A stretch of DNA of 64,000 nucleotides from an uncultured Lachnospiraceae bacterium. Lineage in GTDB: Bacteria > Bacillota > Clostridia > Lachnospirales > Lachnospiraceae. Both the position numbers and the translations under genes were made by a program. The stretch is taken from contig CALFCS010000190.1 in NCBI GenBank assembly GCA_937950565.1, positions 1,048-65,047 of the forward strand, given 5' to 3'. Position 1 is the first letter of the stretch, and each line of letters opens with the position of its first letter. The notes under the pieces were generated by a model that made no database searches, was not told where the DNA came from, and was given only the letters and a program-made list of their open reading frames with translations. Below, one piece after another: positions 33,215-43,443 of this stretch.

Positions 33215-34951
33215 TTATTGTTCTATCTCGACTGGAATAAATGAAAATTTGGTTACATCAAATAATCCCATATCTGTGAGCTTAACTTCCGGGATGACCG
33301 CAAGAGACATAAAGCAAAGCGTCATCACAGGCTCAACTGTACGGTGAATACCAAGCTGCGTATAAGCAGATTCATGAATAGCATCCAGCTTTTCAGCAAC
33401 TTGCTCGCCTGACTGATCGCTCATCAGACCGGCAATCGGCATCGGCATACTATCAATAACCTCTCCATTTTTTACCAGAACGATTCCTCCATTCTGTTTC
33501 TCCAAACATTTTACTGCAAATTCCATTTCATCATCATTGACTCCAACGACAATGATATTATGTGAATCATGTGCAATAGAAAGTGCAACTGCCCCTTCCT
33601 GAATACCATAGCCTTTCAGGAATCCACAGGCAACATTTCCTGTGCCCTGATGTCTTTCTACTACCGCAACCTTCACAATATCAACATCTTTAGACCAGAC
33701 AAATTCGCCCTGCTCATCTAATTTGACAGTTGCCTCTGCCTTCTTAGTCACAACACCGCCCGGCTGAATCTCAATCACATTTACATGTCCTGTTTTCAGG
33801 TTCATCTTGAATTTTTCTTTAGAAAAATCTTTGAGATAAACGCTCTGCATAACGCTGGAAATATCATAACGTTCAACCGGAGGTAAATACTCACCACGCT
33901 CTGCTGTCAGCTTACCTCTCATCCATACTCTGTCTACATGGAATTCACGCAGGTCATCCAGAAGAACAATATCAGCACGGTATCCCGGAGCAATTGCGCC
34001 GCGGTCATAAAGCCGGAAGCATTCTGCCGCATTAATGGTTGCCATGCGAAGAGCAGTAACCGGATCCAGTCCTTCCTCCACACAAATGCGCAGATGATTA
34101 TCCAGGTGACCTTCCTGCAAAATCGTCTTCGGCTGGCGGTCATCCGAGCAAAGCAGACATCTGCGGCTATTCTCCGGCGTTACACCCTTAAGCAGTGTGC
34201 GCAGGTCATGACACGCCGAGCCCTGACGCAGCAGTACATACATTCCACATGCAATACGTTCCTGCATATCTTCTACAGTCGCACATTCGTGATCGCCCTG
34301 GATTCTGGCTGCCGCATAACCATTGAGCGCCAGTCCTGACAGCCCCGGAGAATGTCCGTCTATCAACTTGCCTTCTTCTTTTGCTAACAATAATTTATCC
34401 AGGACACTGTCATCGGTAGAAAGCACGCCTGGGAAATTCATAAACTCGCCAAGTCCAAGAATCTTTTCCCTCTTGATTGGCTCGTCCATCTGCTCCGCCT
34501 CAATGGTTGCACCCGCATGCTCAAATGGTGTTGCCGGCACACAGGACGGTAACATATACTGAATGTCAAGTGCAGTATTTTCAGCCGCTTTCATCATATA
34601 ATCTAATCCTTTGATTCCACACACATTAACGATTTCATGCGGGTCCGCAATAATCGTTGTTCCACCGTGCGGAACTAAAAGCCGTCCTAATTCCTCCGGA
34701 CACAGATAGGAAGATTCAATATGAATATGGCTGTCAATAAATCCTGGAACTGCATAACGGCCTTCTGCATCGATTTCCGTTTCGCCATGATACTGCCCGA
34801 CACCGGCAATCTGATCTCCACAAAGCGCAATATCTCCTTCTACAAATTTTCCGGAAAATACATCCAGCACTTTACAGTTTTTAATGACTGTATCTGCCGG
34901 AATCTCGCCAGATGCAGTTTTGATTAATTTTCTAAGCATTTCTTTATTCAA
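33215..34951 (-). CDS. ade: Adenine deaminase (amidohydrolase superfamily)
   Basis: 578 aa with GFIDSHIHIESS metal-binding and DGHSPG motifs. Length and layout are typical of Ade. Confidence 0.8.
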   Translation of the reverse strand: MNKEMLRKLIKTASGEIPADTVIKNCKVLDVFSGKFVEGDIALCGDQIAGVGQYHGETEIDAEGRYAVPGFIDSHIHIESSYLCPEELGRLLVPHGGTTIIADPHEIVNVCGIKGLDYMMKAAENTALDIQYMLPSCVPATPFEHAGATIEAEQMDEPIKREKILGLGEFMNFPGVLSTDDSVLDKLLLAKEEGKLIDGHSPGLSGLALNGYAAARIQGDHECATVEDMQERIACGMYVLLRQGSACHDLRTLLKGVTPENSRRCLLCSDDRQPKTILQEGHLDNHLRICVEEGLDPVTALRMATINAAECFRLYDRGAIAPGYRADIVLLDDLREFHVDRVWMRGKLTAERGEYLPPVERYDISSVMQSVYLKDFSKEKFKMNLKTGHVNVIEIQPGGVVTKKAEATVKLDEQGEFVWSKDVDIVKVAVVERHQGTGNVACGFLKGYGIQEGAVALSIAHDSHNIIVVGVNDDEMEFAVKCLEKQNGGIVLVKNGEVIDSMPMPIAGLMSDQSGEQVAEKLDAIHESAYTQLGIHRTVEPVMTLCFMSLAVIPEVKLTDMGLFDVTKFSFIPVEIEQ

Positions 34952-35011
34952 AACAGGATTCCCCTTTCTTCTATATTTCTCTATGTTATTTTATATCTAT
35001 CTATATTTCTT

Positions 35012-36793
35012 CTATACTTCTCTCAGCTTTAAAACAGGATCAAATGTTGTTAATGCAAGATAATCAACCGGTCCTACATCCGTAACAGCATAATCCGGAA
35101 TCGCCGTAATCGGAAGGAAGAACATATACATCATCGGATTTGGCAGATCAGAACCAAGCTCACGCGTTGCAAGATCAATCCGTTTCTCCTGTTCTGCAAC
35201 CTCTTCCGGCTCGCAGTCACTTACAATACCGCCAATCGGCAATGGCAGAAATTCAATAATTTCCCCATCTGCAACAACAACCTGGCCACCGCCCTGCTCA
35301 ATCAGATAATTCGCAGCAATTGACATATCCTCAGCGCTTACACCCATAACTACAAGGTTGTTGTCATCCGGTGCGGCAGACGATGCCATTGCTCCCTTTT
35401 TCAGCTTCCATCCGGAACAAAACGCAAGCGCTTTATTTCCATTTCTTCCGAAACGCTCCAGCACGGAAACCATAGCCACATCCTGTTCCGGATCTGGTTT
35501 CACAACACCATTTTCTACTTTCAATACAACATCTCTTCTCTTGCGGACAAATGGTCCTTTTACATCGATTGCCAGGACATCAGCCTGTCCATTCTGAATT
35601 CCTACATGATATTCAAAATCCTCTTTTGTGGTCAGCGCACATTTCAAAGCGCCCTTAAGTACAGAACTTCTTTCCGGTGCGTGTAGCTCATAAGAAAGAT
35701 GTTCATTTTCCGCAACCATTTTTCCGTTTGTCATAACTTTGGCAATCTTAAATTCTTCCAGACTGTCAACAAACAGAATATCTGCAATACGTCCCGGACA
35801 GATAGAGCCAACTAAATGATCGATGCGGTATGCCTCAGCACTGTTAATCGTAGCCATCTGGATTGCGGTCATTGGATCAACGCCGGCTTTCATTGCAAGA
35901 CGTACAACATTGTCAAGATGTCCTTTCGACAAAATATCTGTTGCAGTCACATCATCCGTACAGAAGCTTACGCGGCGCGCAAATGCCGGATTCACTTCCG
36001 TTACAGCACGGATATTTTCCTCAAGGAAATGTGTAACACAAGATTCACGGATCAGCATATGCATACCTTTACGCATCTTCTCCACAACTTCCTCATGGTC
36101 ATAGCTTTCATGGTCGAGACGGACTCCCGCACACAAATATCCATTCAAATCATTGCCTCTTGCCATTGGCGCACAGCCAAATACCGGCAGACGGTTTTTA
36201 AATGCTTCAGCAATAGCGCCAAGTGTATCCTCATCTTCTTCCTGAATAAACTCACGTACCGTTTCCCAGACACCGTAACATTCCGGCCACTGCTGTACCT
36301 CTGCGTGTACTTCTTTATTAAAATTAAATGCAATCGTAGATTCTGGGATTGTATATGGAGTTTTATATGGCGCTCCCCAAAATACCTTAAGCGGACTCTT
36401 TTTGACTTCGTCCAAAACCTCCCTGAGACCTTCAAGACCCGAAACAGAAATATACTCATCAAGACCGGAAATCATGCTTGTTGTACCATGTGGTACAACC
36501 GCTTTTGCATAGCTGGTAATACTAAGCTTACTGCACTCACTGTGAATGTGTCCATCAATCATACCTGGAACCAGATAACGGCCTTCTGCATCAATAATCT
36601 CTGTGTCTGGTCCAATATATGCCTCTACGTCACCCACTGCGGCAATCATATCATTATAGATTGCCACATCCGCCGGATATATCTCGCTTGACATTACGTT
36701 AACAAGCTGTCCGCCGCGAATTACCTTGTGTGCCGGAATCGTGGCTCTGCCCGCACGGATTCTTTCTTTCAAATCAGATACACTTCTTTCCAT
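35012..36793 (-). CDS. Adenine deaminase paralogue (amidohydrolase superfamily)
   Basis: 593 aa with GMIDGHIHSECS. It is collinear with the downstream Ade but clearly diverged from it. Confidence 0.7.
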   Translation of the reverse strand: MERSVSDLKERIRAGRATIPAHKVIRGGQLVNVMSSEIYPADVAIYNDMIAAVGDVEAYIGPDTEIIDAEGRYLVPGMIDGHIHSECSKLSITSYAKAVVPHGTTSMISGLDEYISVSGLEGLREVLDEVKKSPLKVFWGAPYKTPYTIPESTIAFNFNKEVHAEVQQWPECYGVWETVREFIQEEDEDTLGAIAEAFKNRLPVFGCAPMARGNDLNGYLCAGVRLDHESYDHEEVVEKMRKGMHMLIRESCVTHFLEENIRAVTEVNPAFARRVSFCTDDVTATDILSKGHLDNVVRLAMKAGVDPMTAIQMATINSAEAYRIDHLVGSICPGRIADILFVDSLEEFKIAKVMTNGKMVAENEHLSYELHAPERSSVLKGALKCALTTKEDFEYHVGIQNGQADVLAIDVKGPFVRKRRDVVLKVENGVVKPDPEQDVAMVSVLERFGRNGNKALAFCSGWKLKKGAMASSAAPDDNNLVVMGVSAEDMSIAANYLIEQGGGQVVVADGEIIEFLPLPIGGIVSDCEPEEVAEQEKRIDLATRELGSDLPNPMMYMFFLPITAIPDYAVTDVGPVDYLALTTFDPVLKLREV

Positions 36794-37042
36794 AGCTATC
36801 TCTCCTTTTAAAGCTCTTCTTTATGTAGTTTTCGTTCATGTTGAGTAAAAATAAAGATACATCCCGGACGCACAGAACCGTCCAAAAAATAGCTGGTTCA
36901 GGTTTCTCGTCCTCAAGATATATCTAACAGAATTTCGACCACATAGTGATATTATTTTTTTCTGATTATAGATTAAACGTTCCCTTAAAAAATGTCAAGT
37001 AAATCCGCACACAAAAACACCACAAAAATAACAGTTCAGCCA

Positions 37043-37064
37043 TAAAAACGGAGCTGCTGCTCCG
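37043..37064 (-). terminator. Rho-independent terminator after the HTH regulator gene
   Basis: The minus strand reads CGGAGC-AGCA-GCTCCG followed by TTTTTAT, 8 nt after the stop codon. Confidence 0.65.
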
Positions 37065-37072
37065 GCAGATAT

Positions 37073-38548
37073 TCATCTGCTTTTGCGGCCGCCCCCTTTC
37101 AATAACTTCTTTAATATACAAATTGTTTCATCCATGCTGTAAAAATATTTTCTATCCAGGGTTTCAAAATAATCCCGAAGCGCATGCAAAAGCCCTGGTT
37201 CATGAAGCTCCAGAAAAATGCGCTCTCTCCGTATCGTCGGTATCAAAAGATACCCTTCCTGCATGGAACTGTAAAGACAAATGTCTGCAGCAGCAATCGG
37301 ACTATCCGCCCGGAGCATTTGATACTTTCCTGTCTTACACCGGTCTATCAGACGGCGGAGCAGCAACAGCCTGTCATTGTAGTCCAGCGGTCGGTAAACC
37401 GATGCAGGCAGATCAGATATCCTTCCGGACTCGGCAAACCTTTGAATACCCAATTCCGTAAAAATATAGGTTACTTCTGATCTCTCCGATACTTCAGCTG
37501 TCCGTAAAATATATTCAACAGCTCTCTCCTGAATCTGGTCCTGCAATAACAACTCCGGATACAAATACTTTCCCAAAAATTCTGTTGGAATCATAGGCAT
37601 CAGACATGCTTCCGGCTGAAAACTTATCCCTTTGTTTCCCAAATTAATGCTTTCGAAACTTTTTAATTGCTTATCTATTGAATTTAGTTTACACGCCATC
37701 AAAGAAGCATCCTTTTTTAAGGACTCAAACAAGAAATGCAAATGCTCTATCGTCTCCCTTCCCGACAGCAGCATCCCATATTTCCCTTCCATGGAAAATA
37801 CAATTGCATATTCCGATGTCAGAATCATAGAAGACAAAAAATTAAATCTGCTGTTATGAGAAACAATATTATCATAATAACAATAAGGCTGATAAGTACA
37901 TACACTCTGTATAAACATCGGAAGAATATTCTGGAGACAATACAAATTATAATCTCTCTTATCTGAAACAATATCATTTGTATTACTCAGACAAAAAATA
38001 TGTTCAATTTCCAGATTCTTTCTCTTCACTCCCGCATAGAGCAGCATATCCATAATATTATTATCCTCCGGCTGCATCAGCAATTTTATTCTTCCGGCTG
38101 ATTTATCTGCTTCTACATGAAGCACGCTGGAAATCAAATGCTTCAGCTGTCTGTCCTTCATAACAGTTCCCTGGACAGAACCCAACTCCCGCTCATTCAC
38201 TATCACAGCTTCTTCCCAAAGTGTTCCGACTCCCAGCTCCGGAACCGTTACCGGAAAAGACGTCAGGAAATCCTGCACACTTTTTCTTCGATGGTACGCA
38301 TCGTAACCCATAACCGTAATCTGATACGCTTCCATTAACCGTTTTTTCTCCATTGGCTTCAGACGCATATACTCTGAAATTCTCCCAACAATCTCCTCGG
38401 ATGCAGGATTTCGTTTCCCATTAATCAGCTTATACATATTCGAACGGTCAATCCCACAAAACTGCGCAATCGAGTAGGTCCGGATGTCTTTTTCCTTCAT
38501 ATAAAATTCCAGGACAGTAGAAAATGGTGTCATCTTATTGTTCTCCAT
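37073..38548 (-). CDS. XRE-type HTH transcriptional regulator with a large uncharacterised C-terminal domain
   Basis: The N-terminus is LEFYMKEKDIRTYSIAQFCGIDRSNMYKLINGKRNP (HTH_XRE pattern). 491 aa. Confidence 0.65.
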   Translation of the reverse strand: MENNKMTPFSTVLEFYMKEKDIRTYSIAQFCGIDRSNMYKLINGKRNPASEEIVGRISEYMRLKPMEKKRLMEAYQITVMGYDAYHRRKSVQDFLTSFPVTVPELGVGTLWEEAVIVNERELGSVQGTVMKDRQLKHLISSVLHVEADKSAGRIKLLMQPEDNNIMDMLLYAGVKRKNLEIEHIFCLSNTNDIVSDKRDYNLYCLQNILPMFIQSVCTYQPYCYYDNIVSHNSRFNFLSSMILTSEYAIVFSMEGKYGMLLSGRETIEHLHFLFESLKKDASLMACKLNSIDKQLKSFESINLGNKGISFQPEACLMPMIPTEFLGKYLYPELLLQDQIQERAVEYILRTAEVSERSEVTYIFTELGIQRFAESGRISDLPASVYRPLDYNDRLLLLRRLIDRCKTGKYQMLRADSPIAAADICLYSSMQEGYLLIPTIRRERIFLELHEPGLLHALRDYFETLDRKYFYSMDETICILKKLLKGGGRKSR

Positions 38549-38651
38549 ATCTCTTATGTATTAAAATGCAGATGCGCATCCCCTATTGTCCATTTTAACA
38601 ATACTTTTATATTTTGTAAATATACTCCTTGTTCCAAACACTCAAATTATA

Positions 38652-40451
38652 TCAAATCAATGATATGATTCCCGTAGTTCTCAAGCCATCTAACAATGCT
38701 TTGGGATTTGCCTGCTTCTTTGCAGATCTAATATCGGAATATTCTTTATAATTATCTTTTATCATTTCAAATATTTCTTCCACATCACTATTCCGATGAC
38801 TTTCCCAACATTGCACTACTTCCGATACAAATGTTGTAAGATAGTCTTCCAAATGTTCAATATATTGCAACAATGGTATAGTATCATTCAATGCGGAGTG
38901 TGCGATTTCATTTCTTATTCTATATAGACGACCTATCTGACGTTTTACGTTTATATAATGGTTATCTATTCTAGTAAACATTGCTTCCGAATCCGTTGCT
39001 AATTTCCGCATTTCTTTACATCTCTCTAGTAACAAATTATTGACGGCACATTTCGACAATATTTCTTTATACAACTGCTCATCATTTAATGCAGCAATAA
39101 CGTCTTGTACTACCTTTCTCTTGTCTGGATGTTTTAATTGGATACTTTTCGCACTTAAAGTGAAATTGACATTACATCTCAAACAGTCCTCTATGAAATT
39201 TCTAAAGCAGCGGTATATATATTTAGAACATAGTGCAGGCGGTACAGTTTCCAAAACATTACTAATTATATTTTCGTACATATCAGTACGACACAATGAC
39301 TCTAATGCCACCCAAAGATTTATAAATTTATCTTCCTGCGCATAAGAAACCTTTCCTATATTTGCATAACTATATGTCGCACGAAGTTTTGTTTTCAAAA
39401 CTCCATCAGTATTTTTATCAAGCTCTTCTGAACTTCTGAAAATTCTGTTTGCACCTTCTATGTAATCATATGTACTATACAAATCCTTTGACTTTAACAA
39501 ATTATTATATCCATTTGATATGTTAACAGCTATCCAACTAATATCTCGAATATTCCACGCCTCCACTAAATTATAGAAACTTAATTTATTCAAAACATTT
39601 GCAAATCTTGAAATTGCTCTATGAGAAGCTGTATATATATCATACGAAAATTCTCTCAAATCAACATACTCTTGATTATGCTCCACTTTGTTAGCGAAAT
39701 CTGGATATTCATCTATTATACCTTGTCCGCTAATCAATCTTATGCCCATATTTTGAATTTTTTCTTTAACTTTCTCTAATGCATTACTTTTCTTTTGACC
39801 AGGCACATTTCGAGGGCGAATTCGTAACGGTAAAAAAATACGATATTCATCCAAATTCTCATTCAGTAATCTATTTCTAAAATTCACCCAGTTATCCGGG
39901 TTTTCCTTACTTTCATTCAATATACTAACCAGTTTACCCAACGCTTTTGCAGACCAGCCTCGACTAATACAACAGCTAACCAACTGATTTGTCTTTCCGA
40001 TAATTTTAGGTATATCATTATTATCTATGCTTTTTTCAACACTTGAAATCAATTTTTCAAAATAATCTTTTTTCACTATGTTTAAACAATATTCAAGTTG
40101 ATGTATAAGCGTCCTTTGAGCCGCATCACTATCGCATTTCATTCCCAAGTGAGATAATAGCCTTGCTCTAACCGTTGGATACCGCTCCATCAAAACATAA
40201 TCTTTTTTTACTAATAAAGCTGTCTCATTTGCACACTCTTCTATATTTTTATTATTGCTATGGTATCTATTTAAACGTTGATACAATACTTTTTTCAATT
40301 CTTCTAAAGCAGAAATCGTATTCATAATCTTAAATTGATATGTATCCAATGTTTTTTCATCAGTTAATTCAAGCCATACCTGATAAAACAAATAATATTT
40401 TGAATCAACACCCTTTTTATCTAAATCTACGTTATTAAAATTATTTTTCAT
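38652..40451 (-). CDS. 599-aa protein with a C-terminal HEPN-like domain (Rx4H: RLYRIRNEIAHS); candidate abortive-infection RNase
   Basis: RNEIAH at about 38898-38915 matches the HEPN R-x4-6-H signature and is preceded by FINLWVALESL helices. The gene is very AT-rich and lies downstream of an AAA15/21 ATPase gene. Confidence 0.55.
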   Translation of the reverse strand: MKNNFNNVDLDKKGVDSKYYLFYQVWLELTDEKTLDTYQFKIMNTISALEELKKVLYQRLNRYHSNNKNIEECANETALLVKKDYVLMERYPTVRARLLSHLGMKCDSDAAQRTLIHQLEYCLNIVKKDYFEKLISSVEKSIDNNDIPKIIGKTNQLVSCCISRGWSAKALGKLVSILNESKENPDNWVNFRNRLLNENLDEYRIFLPLRIRPRNVPGQKKSNALEKVKEKIQNMGIRLISGQGIIDEYPDFANKVEHNQEYVDLREFSYDIYTASHRAISRFANVLNKLSFYNLVEAWNIRDISWIAVNISNGYNNLLKSKDLYSTYDYIEGANRIFRSSEELDKNTDGVLKTKLRATYSYANIGKVSYAQEDKFINLWVALESLCRTDMYENIISNVLETVPPALCSKYIYRCFRNFIEDCLRCNVNFTLSAKSIQLKHPDKRKVVQDVIAALNDEQLYKEILSKCAVNNLLLERCKEMRKLATDSEAMFTRIDNHYINVKRQIGRLYRIRNEIAHSALNDTIPLLQYIEHLEDYLTTFVSEVVQCWESHRNSDVEEIFEMIKDNYKEYSDIRSAKKQANPKALLDGLRTTGIISLI

Positions 40452-40642
40452 GTGTACCCCTCTTGACTTTCACGCCTGGAAAACCTATAATTATTACATA
40501 TAGATAAGGTCTATATTATTAAGAGACACGTTTAACGACATTGAGCTAAAGCCATTTCGTTTTACCTGTCTCTTTTTTTATTTTATACTTTCTAAATTCA
40601 AAAAACAATCTTTTCTACTAAATATGTTCAATGCCCGGCCAC

Positions 40643-41848
40643 TCACCTCCACTCACTACTCGTGATATTCTGCAAATACGGATCTGCACCATATCTCCCT
40701 TCCATATACTGCTTGTCAAAAGCAGCCGTGCTGTTGACTCTTTCATTATCCTCCCTTCGGATTTCATATAGAGAATAAATCTCACTGCCATGGCTTTCGT
40801 TCAATGCTGCAAACCATATTTCATCTCTACGAAATACTGTATTCTTCATAGTAGCCATATCATGAGATGTAAATAACAACTGTGCCCCATACTTATTAAT
40901 CTTCGGATTCTTAAACAAAGAAATAACATAGCGCAACAACTTCGGATGCAGCTTCGCATCCAGCTCATCGATAATAACCAGTCTCCCTTCCTGCAATGCA
41001 GCCAACAATACCGGAAGGGTAGCGATTAGCTTCTTCGTCCCATCCGACTCATGATCAAACGACAGTTCATATTCTATATCTCCGATTCTGCGCTTCAGAT
41101 ATAACTGTTTTTCTTTTTCATCAAGTCTATAATCATTTATATCTATCCCCATATCATTTAAAAGTAAAAGAATCTGCTTTTTCATTTTCTCATCATCCGA
41201 AACCATAATCTGCATCTCTGCTATAGGATTTGCATAACTACGGACGATGCAGGACTCAAACCATTCTTGCACCTCTGCAATTACAGGAATATTATAATTA
41301 ATTGCAAGGAAAGATAAAAACGGCATCTTCACATTAATGCTGGTATTCACATTTTCCTTCTTCAGAATTGTTCCGAGACTGATTTCTTCATCCCCACGAT
41401 AAAAAATATGAGCAGGTTTCTTTCCTCCGATTTTCTTTCTGTCCAGTGCTTCCGCAGATATTTCATCCTTTAAAACCGCCAGATAATAACGATATTCATA
41501 TTCTCCTGTTCGGAAAAATATCTGAAACTCCGTCGGTCCTTCTGCTGATATCTTATCAAACAAATACGGCTCTGCCACCACTCTCTGCTGCATAATTAAT
41601 GATTTCCGGTTTTTCTCCAAATCATGAATCGGTTTTACTACAGTAGAAATCAGACTTGCCAATGCCAGCAGCAGATTTGATTTCCCGCCTCCGTTAGGAC
41701 CGTACACAGCACTTACAGGTAAAAGATTGCTGCACTTATCCTTCCTAATCAGACTATCAGCAAATTCTGGAATTGATGAAGCTTGAAAATCAAACGTAGT
41801 TTCCTCCCTATAAGACTTAAAGTTCTGAAACGAAAACTGACAAAGCAT
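40643..41848 (-). CDS. AAA15/AAA21-type (ABC-like, COG1106) ATPase
   Basis: FQNFKSYREETTFDF, Walker A GPNGGGKSNLL, Walker B LVIIDELDAKLHP, LLFTSHD and a C-terminal FRRDEIWF...GRYGADP tail. All are typical of defence-associated AAA15 ATPases. Confidence 0.8.
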   Translation of the reverse strand: MLCQFSFQNFKSYREETTFDFQASSIPEFADSLIRKDKCSNLLPVSAVYGPNGGGKSNLLLALASLISTVVKPIHDLEKNRKSLIMQQRVVAEPYLFDKISAEGPTEFQIFFRTGEYEYRYYLAVLKDEISAEALDRKKIGGKKPAHIFYRGDEEISLGTILKKENVNTSINVKMPFLSFLAINYNIPVIAEVQEWFESCIVRSYANPIAEMQIMVSDDEKMKKQILLLLNDMGIDINDYRLDEKEKQLYLKRRIGDIEYELSFDHESDGTKKLIATLPVLLAALQEGRLVIIDELDAKLHPKLLRYVISLFKNPKINKYGAQLLFTSHDMATMKNTVFRRDEIWFAALNESHGSEIYSLYEIRREDNERVNSTAAFDKQYMEGRYGADPYLQNITSSEWR

Positions 41849-42069
41849 TTTGTTCCCCTCCTTTTTCCGACTAAATTCCTGGCTAAATTATATCATTATT
41901 ATTCTCACCTTTCAACTTTTATATTCGATTTCAAAAAAAATATTTTTTATTTTGATTAAAAAAATATAATTTTCTGCATTTAATTCTGTTTATGCCTTTA
42001 AGTGACCTTTAAAAAACTGCCACCTTAGCGAATAAATATTCGCAAAGTGACAGCTTTCACAAACCGACT

Positions 42070-42720
42070 TTATTTTCCCTTATCTTCATAATAATCGCAA
42101 ACTTGTTGTATATAGTAAGCAATGATCCCCATTGCAATTGACGCATTTCTGTAAAGACTGATGGTGTCTACTGTTAAAAACGCTCTTGCTATATTTCTTC
42201 TCCACCATATATTAAATACATAATTTTCTCCATAATTCACATCATATATTATGCCTTTATACAAAATAACCGGGGTGCCATCTACATCCGATGCTTTCTC
42301 TATCGTAAAACCCAGCGGCATTAATACCGGTATCAAACGATTAATGAGTTCCGGATAAGGAATCTGATTTTCAATATAAAATGTGTACTCCCTCAGCATA
42401 GGTGCAAGACCCTGTGCAATTTTATTTTTTATAATCCAGCCAAAACACAGAGCGAAGAAAAACGCAAATATTATGCCCAAGAAATTACTCCCCATTACTA
42501 TAAAAATAATTTCCATTACAATTACCATTACAACATAAATAATATTCCACTTTCTTCCGCCATCTGTAATAGGTTCTGCAGATTGTAAAACCAGCGCCTC
42601 CTTTTTATTTTGTTTCGTACTTTTTTTACCCGTTTCTGCTTTTTCGCTCAGCTCCGCCCCACAGGCCGGACAAATCTTCCATTCAGCCTTTACTTCTTTC
42701 CCACATTTACTGCAAAACAT
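42070..42720 (-). CDS. Zinc-ribbon (CxxC..CxxC) membrane protein
   Basis: MFCSKCGKEVKAEWKICPACGAEL followed by two hydrophobic segments. Confidence 0.6.
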   Translation of the reverse strand: MFCSKCGKEVKAEWKICPACGAELSEKAETGKKSTKQNKKEALVLQSAEPITDGGRKWNIIYVVMVIVMEIIFIVMGSNFLGIIFAFFFALCFGWIIKNKIAQGLAPMLREYTFYIENQIPYPELINRLIPVLMPLGFTIEKASDVDGTPVILYKGIIYDVNYGENYVFNIWWRRNIARAFLTVDTISLYRNASIAMGIIAYYIQQVCDYYEDKGK

Positions 42721-42735
42721 CCTCTCACCCTCTGT

Positions 42736-43443
42736 TTATTCTATTTTTTGTATAAAGGAACCTGCACCGACAACAGCATTCCTTGTTCCACCACTTGTAA
42801 TTTCATAATTACTCATTCCTAACGGTAAAATATCTGCTTTGATAACATCTTCTCTAAAAATATCGGTCAGCGCGCCATTGTACAGAATATAATAATACTG
42901 ATCATTGGCATCGACGGTTTCCAGTTCTGTAAATTTATGTCCATCACCCAGATCTTCTTCCGATACAGTTATAACATATAATTCCGGCAGTTCCATCAAT
43001 TTATCCCCATAACTATCCGCACTTTTTTCCACATGCTTATATTCAATACTCAAATCTATATCGTTCACAATCTGATTATAGTCTGCCGTCGGGAAATAAT
43101 TTTCATGGTCTTTCATGAACTGCTCTGCCTTCTCATTTACTACAAACGGCAGTACATCATTGTCTTCCAGCATCTTATACAAATCCGAAACAGACTCTCC
43201 TGTGCTTGTACCCGCTTCATCGGATGATACTTTCTTTTCAGTATCATCACCCCCTGAAAATATAACAACGAGAATGCCTATCACTATTACTGCGAGAAAC
43301 CAGAACCATATTTTCTTGAAAAAAGGTTTCTTCTTTTTTATTTTATAGCCATCCATTCCTTTTTCTTGTGCGACCTTTTCCCCACAATTCGGACAAACCG
43401 CCCAGTTCCCATCAATTTCCTTTCCACATTTTTTACAAAACAT
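42736..43443 (-). CDS. Zinc-ribbon (CxxC..CxxC) single-TM protein, N-terminal paralogue of the 42070-42720 protein
   Basis: MFCKKCGKEIDGNWAVCPNCGEKV followed by the TM segment IWFWFLAVIVIGILVVIF. Confidence 0.6.
   Translation of the reverse strand: MFCKKCGKEIDGNWAVCPNCGEKVAQEKGMDGYKIKKKKPFFKKIWFWFLAVIVIGILVVIFSGGDDTEKKVSSDEAGTSTGESVSDLYKMLEDNDVLPFVVNEKAEQFMKDHENYFPTADYNQIVNDIDLSIEYKHVEKSADSYGDKLMELPELYVITVSEEDLGDGHKFTELETVDANDQYYYILYNGALTDIFREDVIKADILPLGMSNYEITSGGTRNAVVGAGSFIQKIE

Noticed and set aside
36794-37072. A purine (guanine/adenine) or xanthine riboswitch was looked for in the leader of the adenine deaminase operon.
   Set aside because: None of the conserved purine-aptamer junction sequences is present. 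Only a weak GGACG...CGTCC hairpin without a clear U-tract was found.
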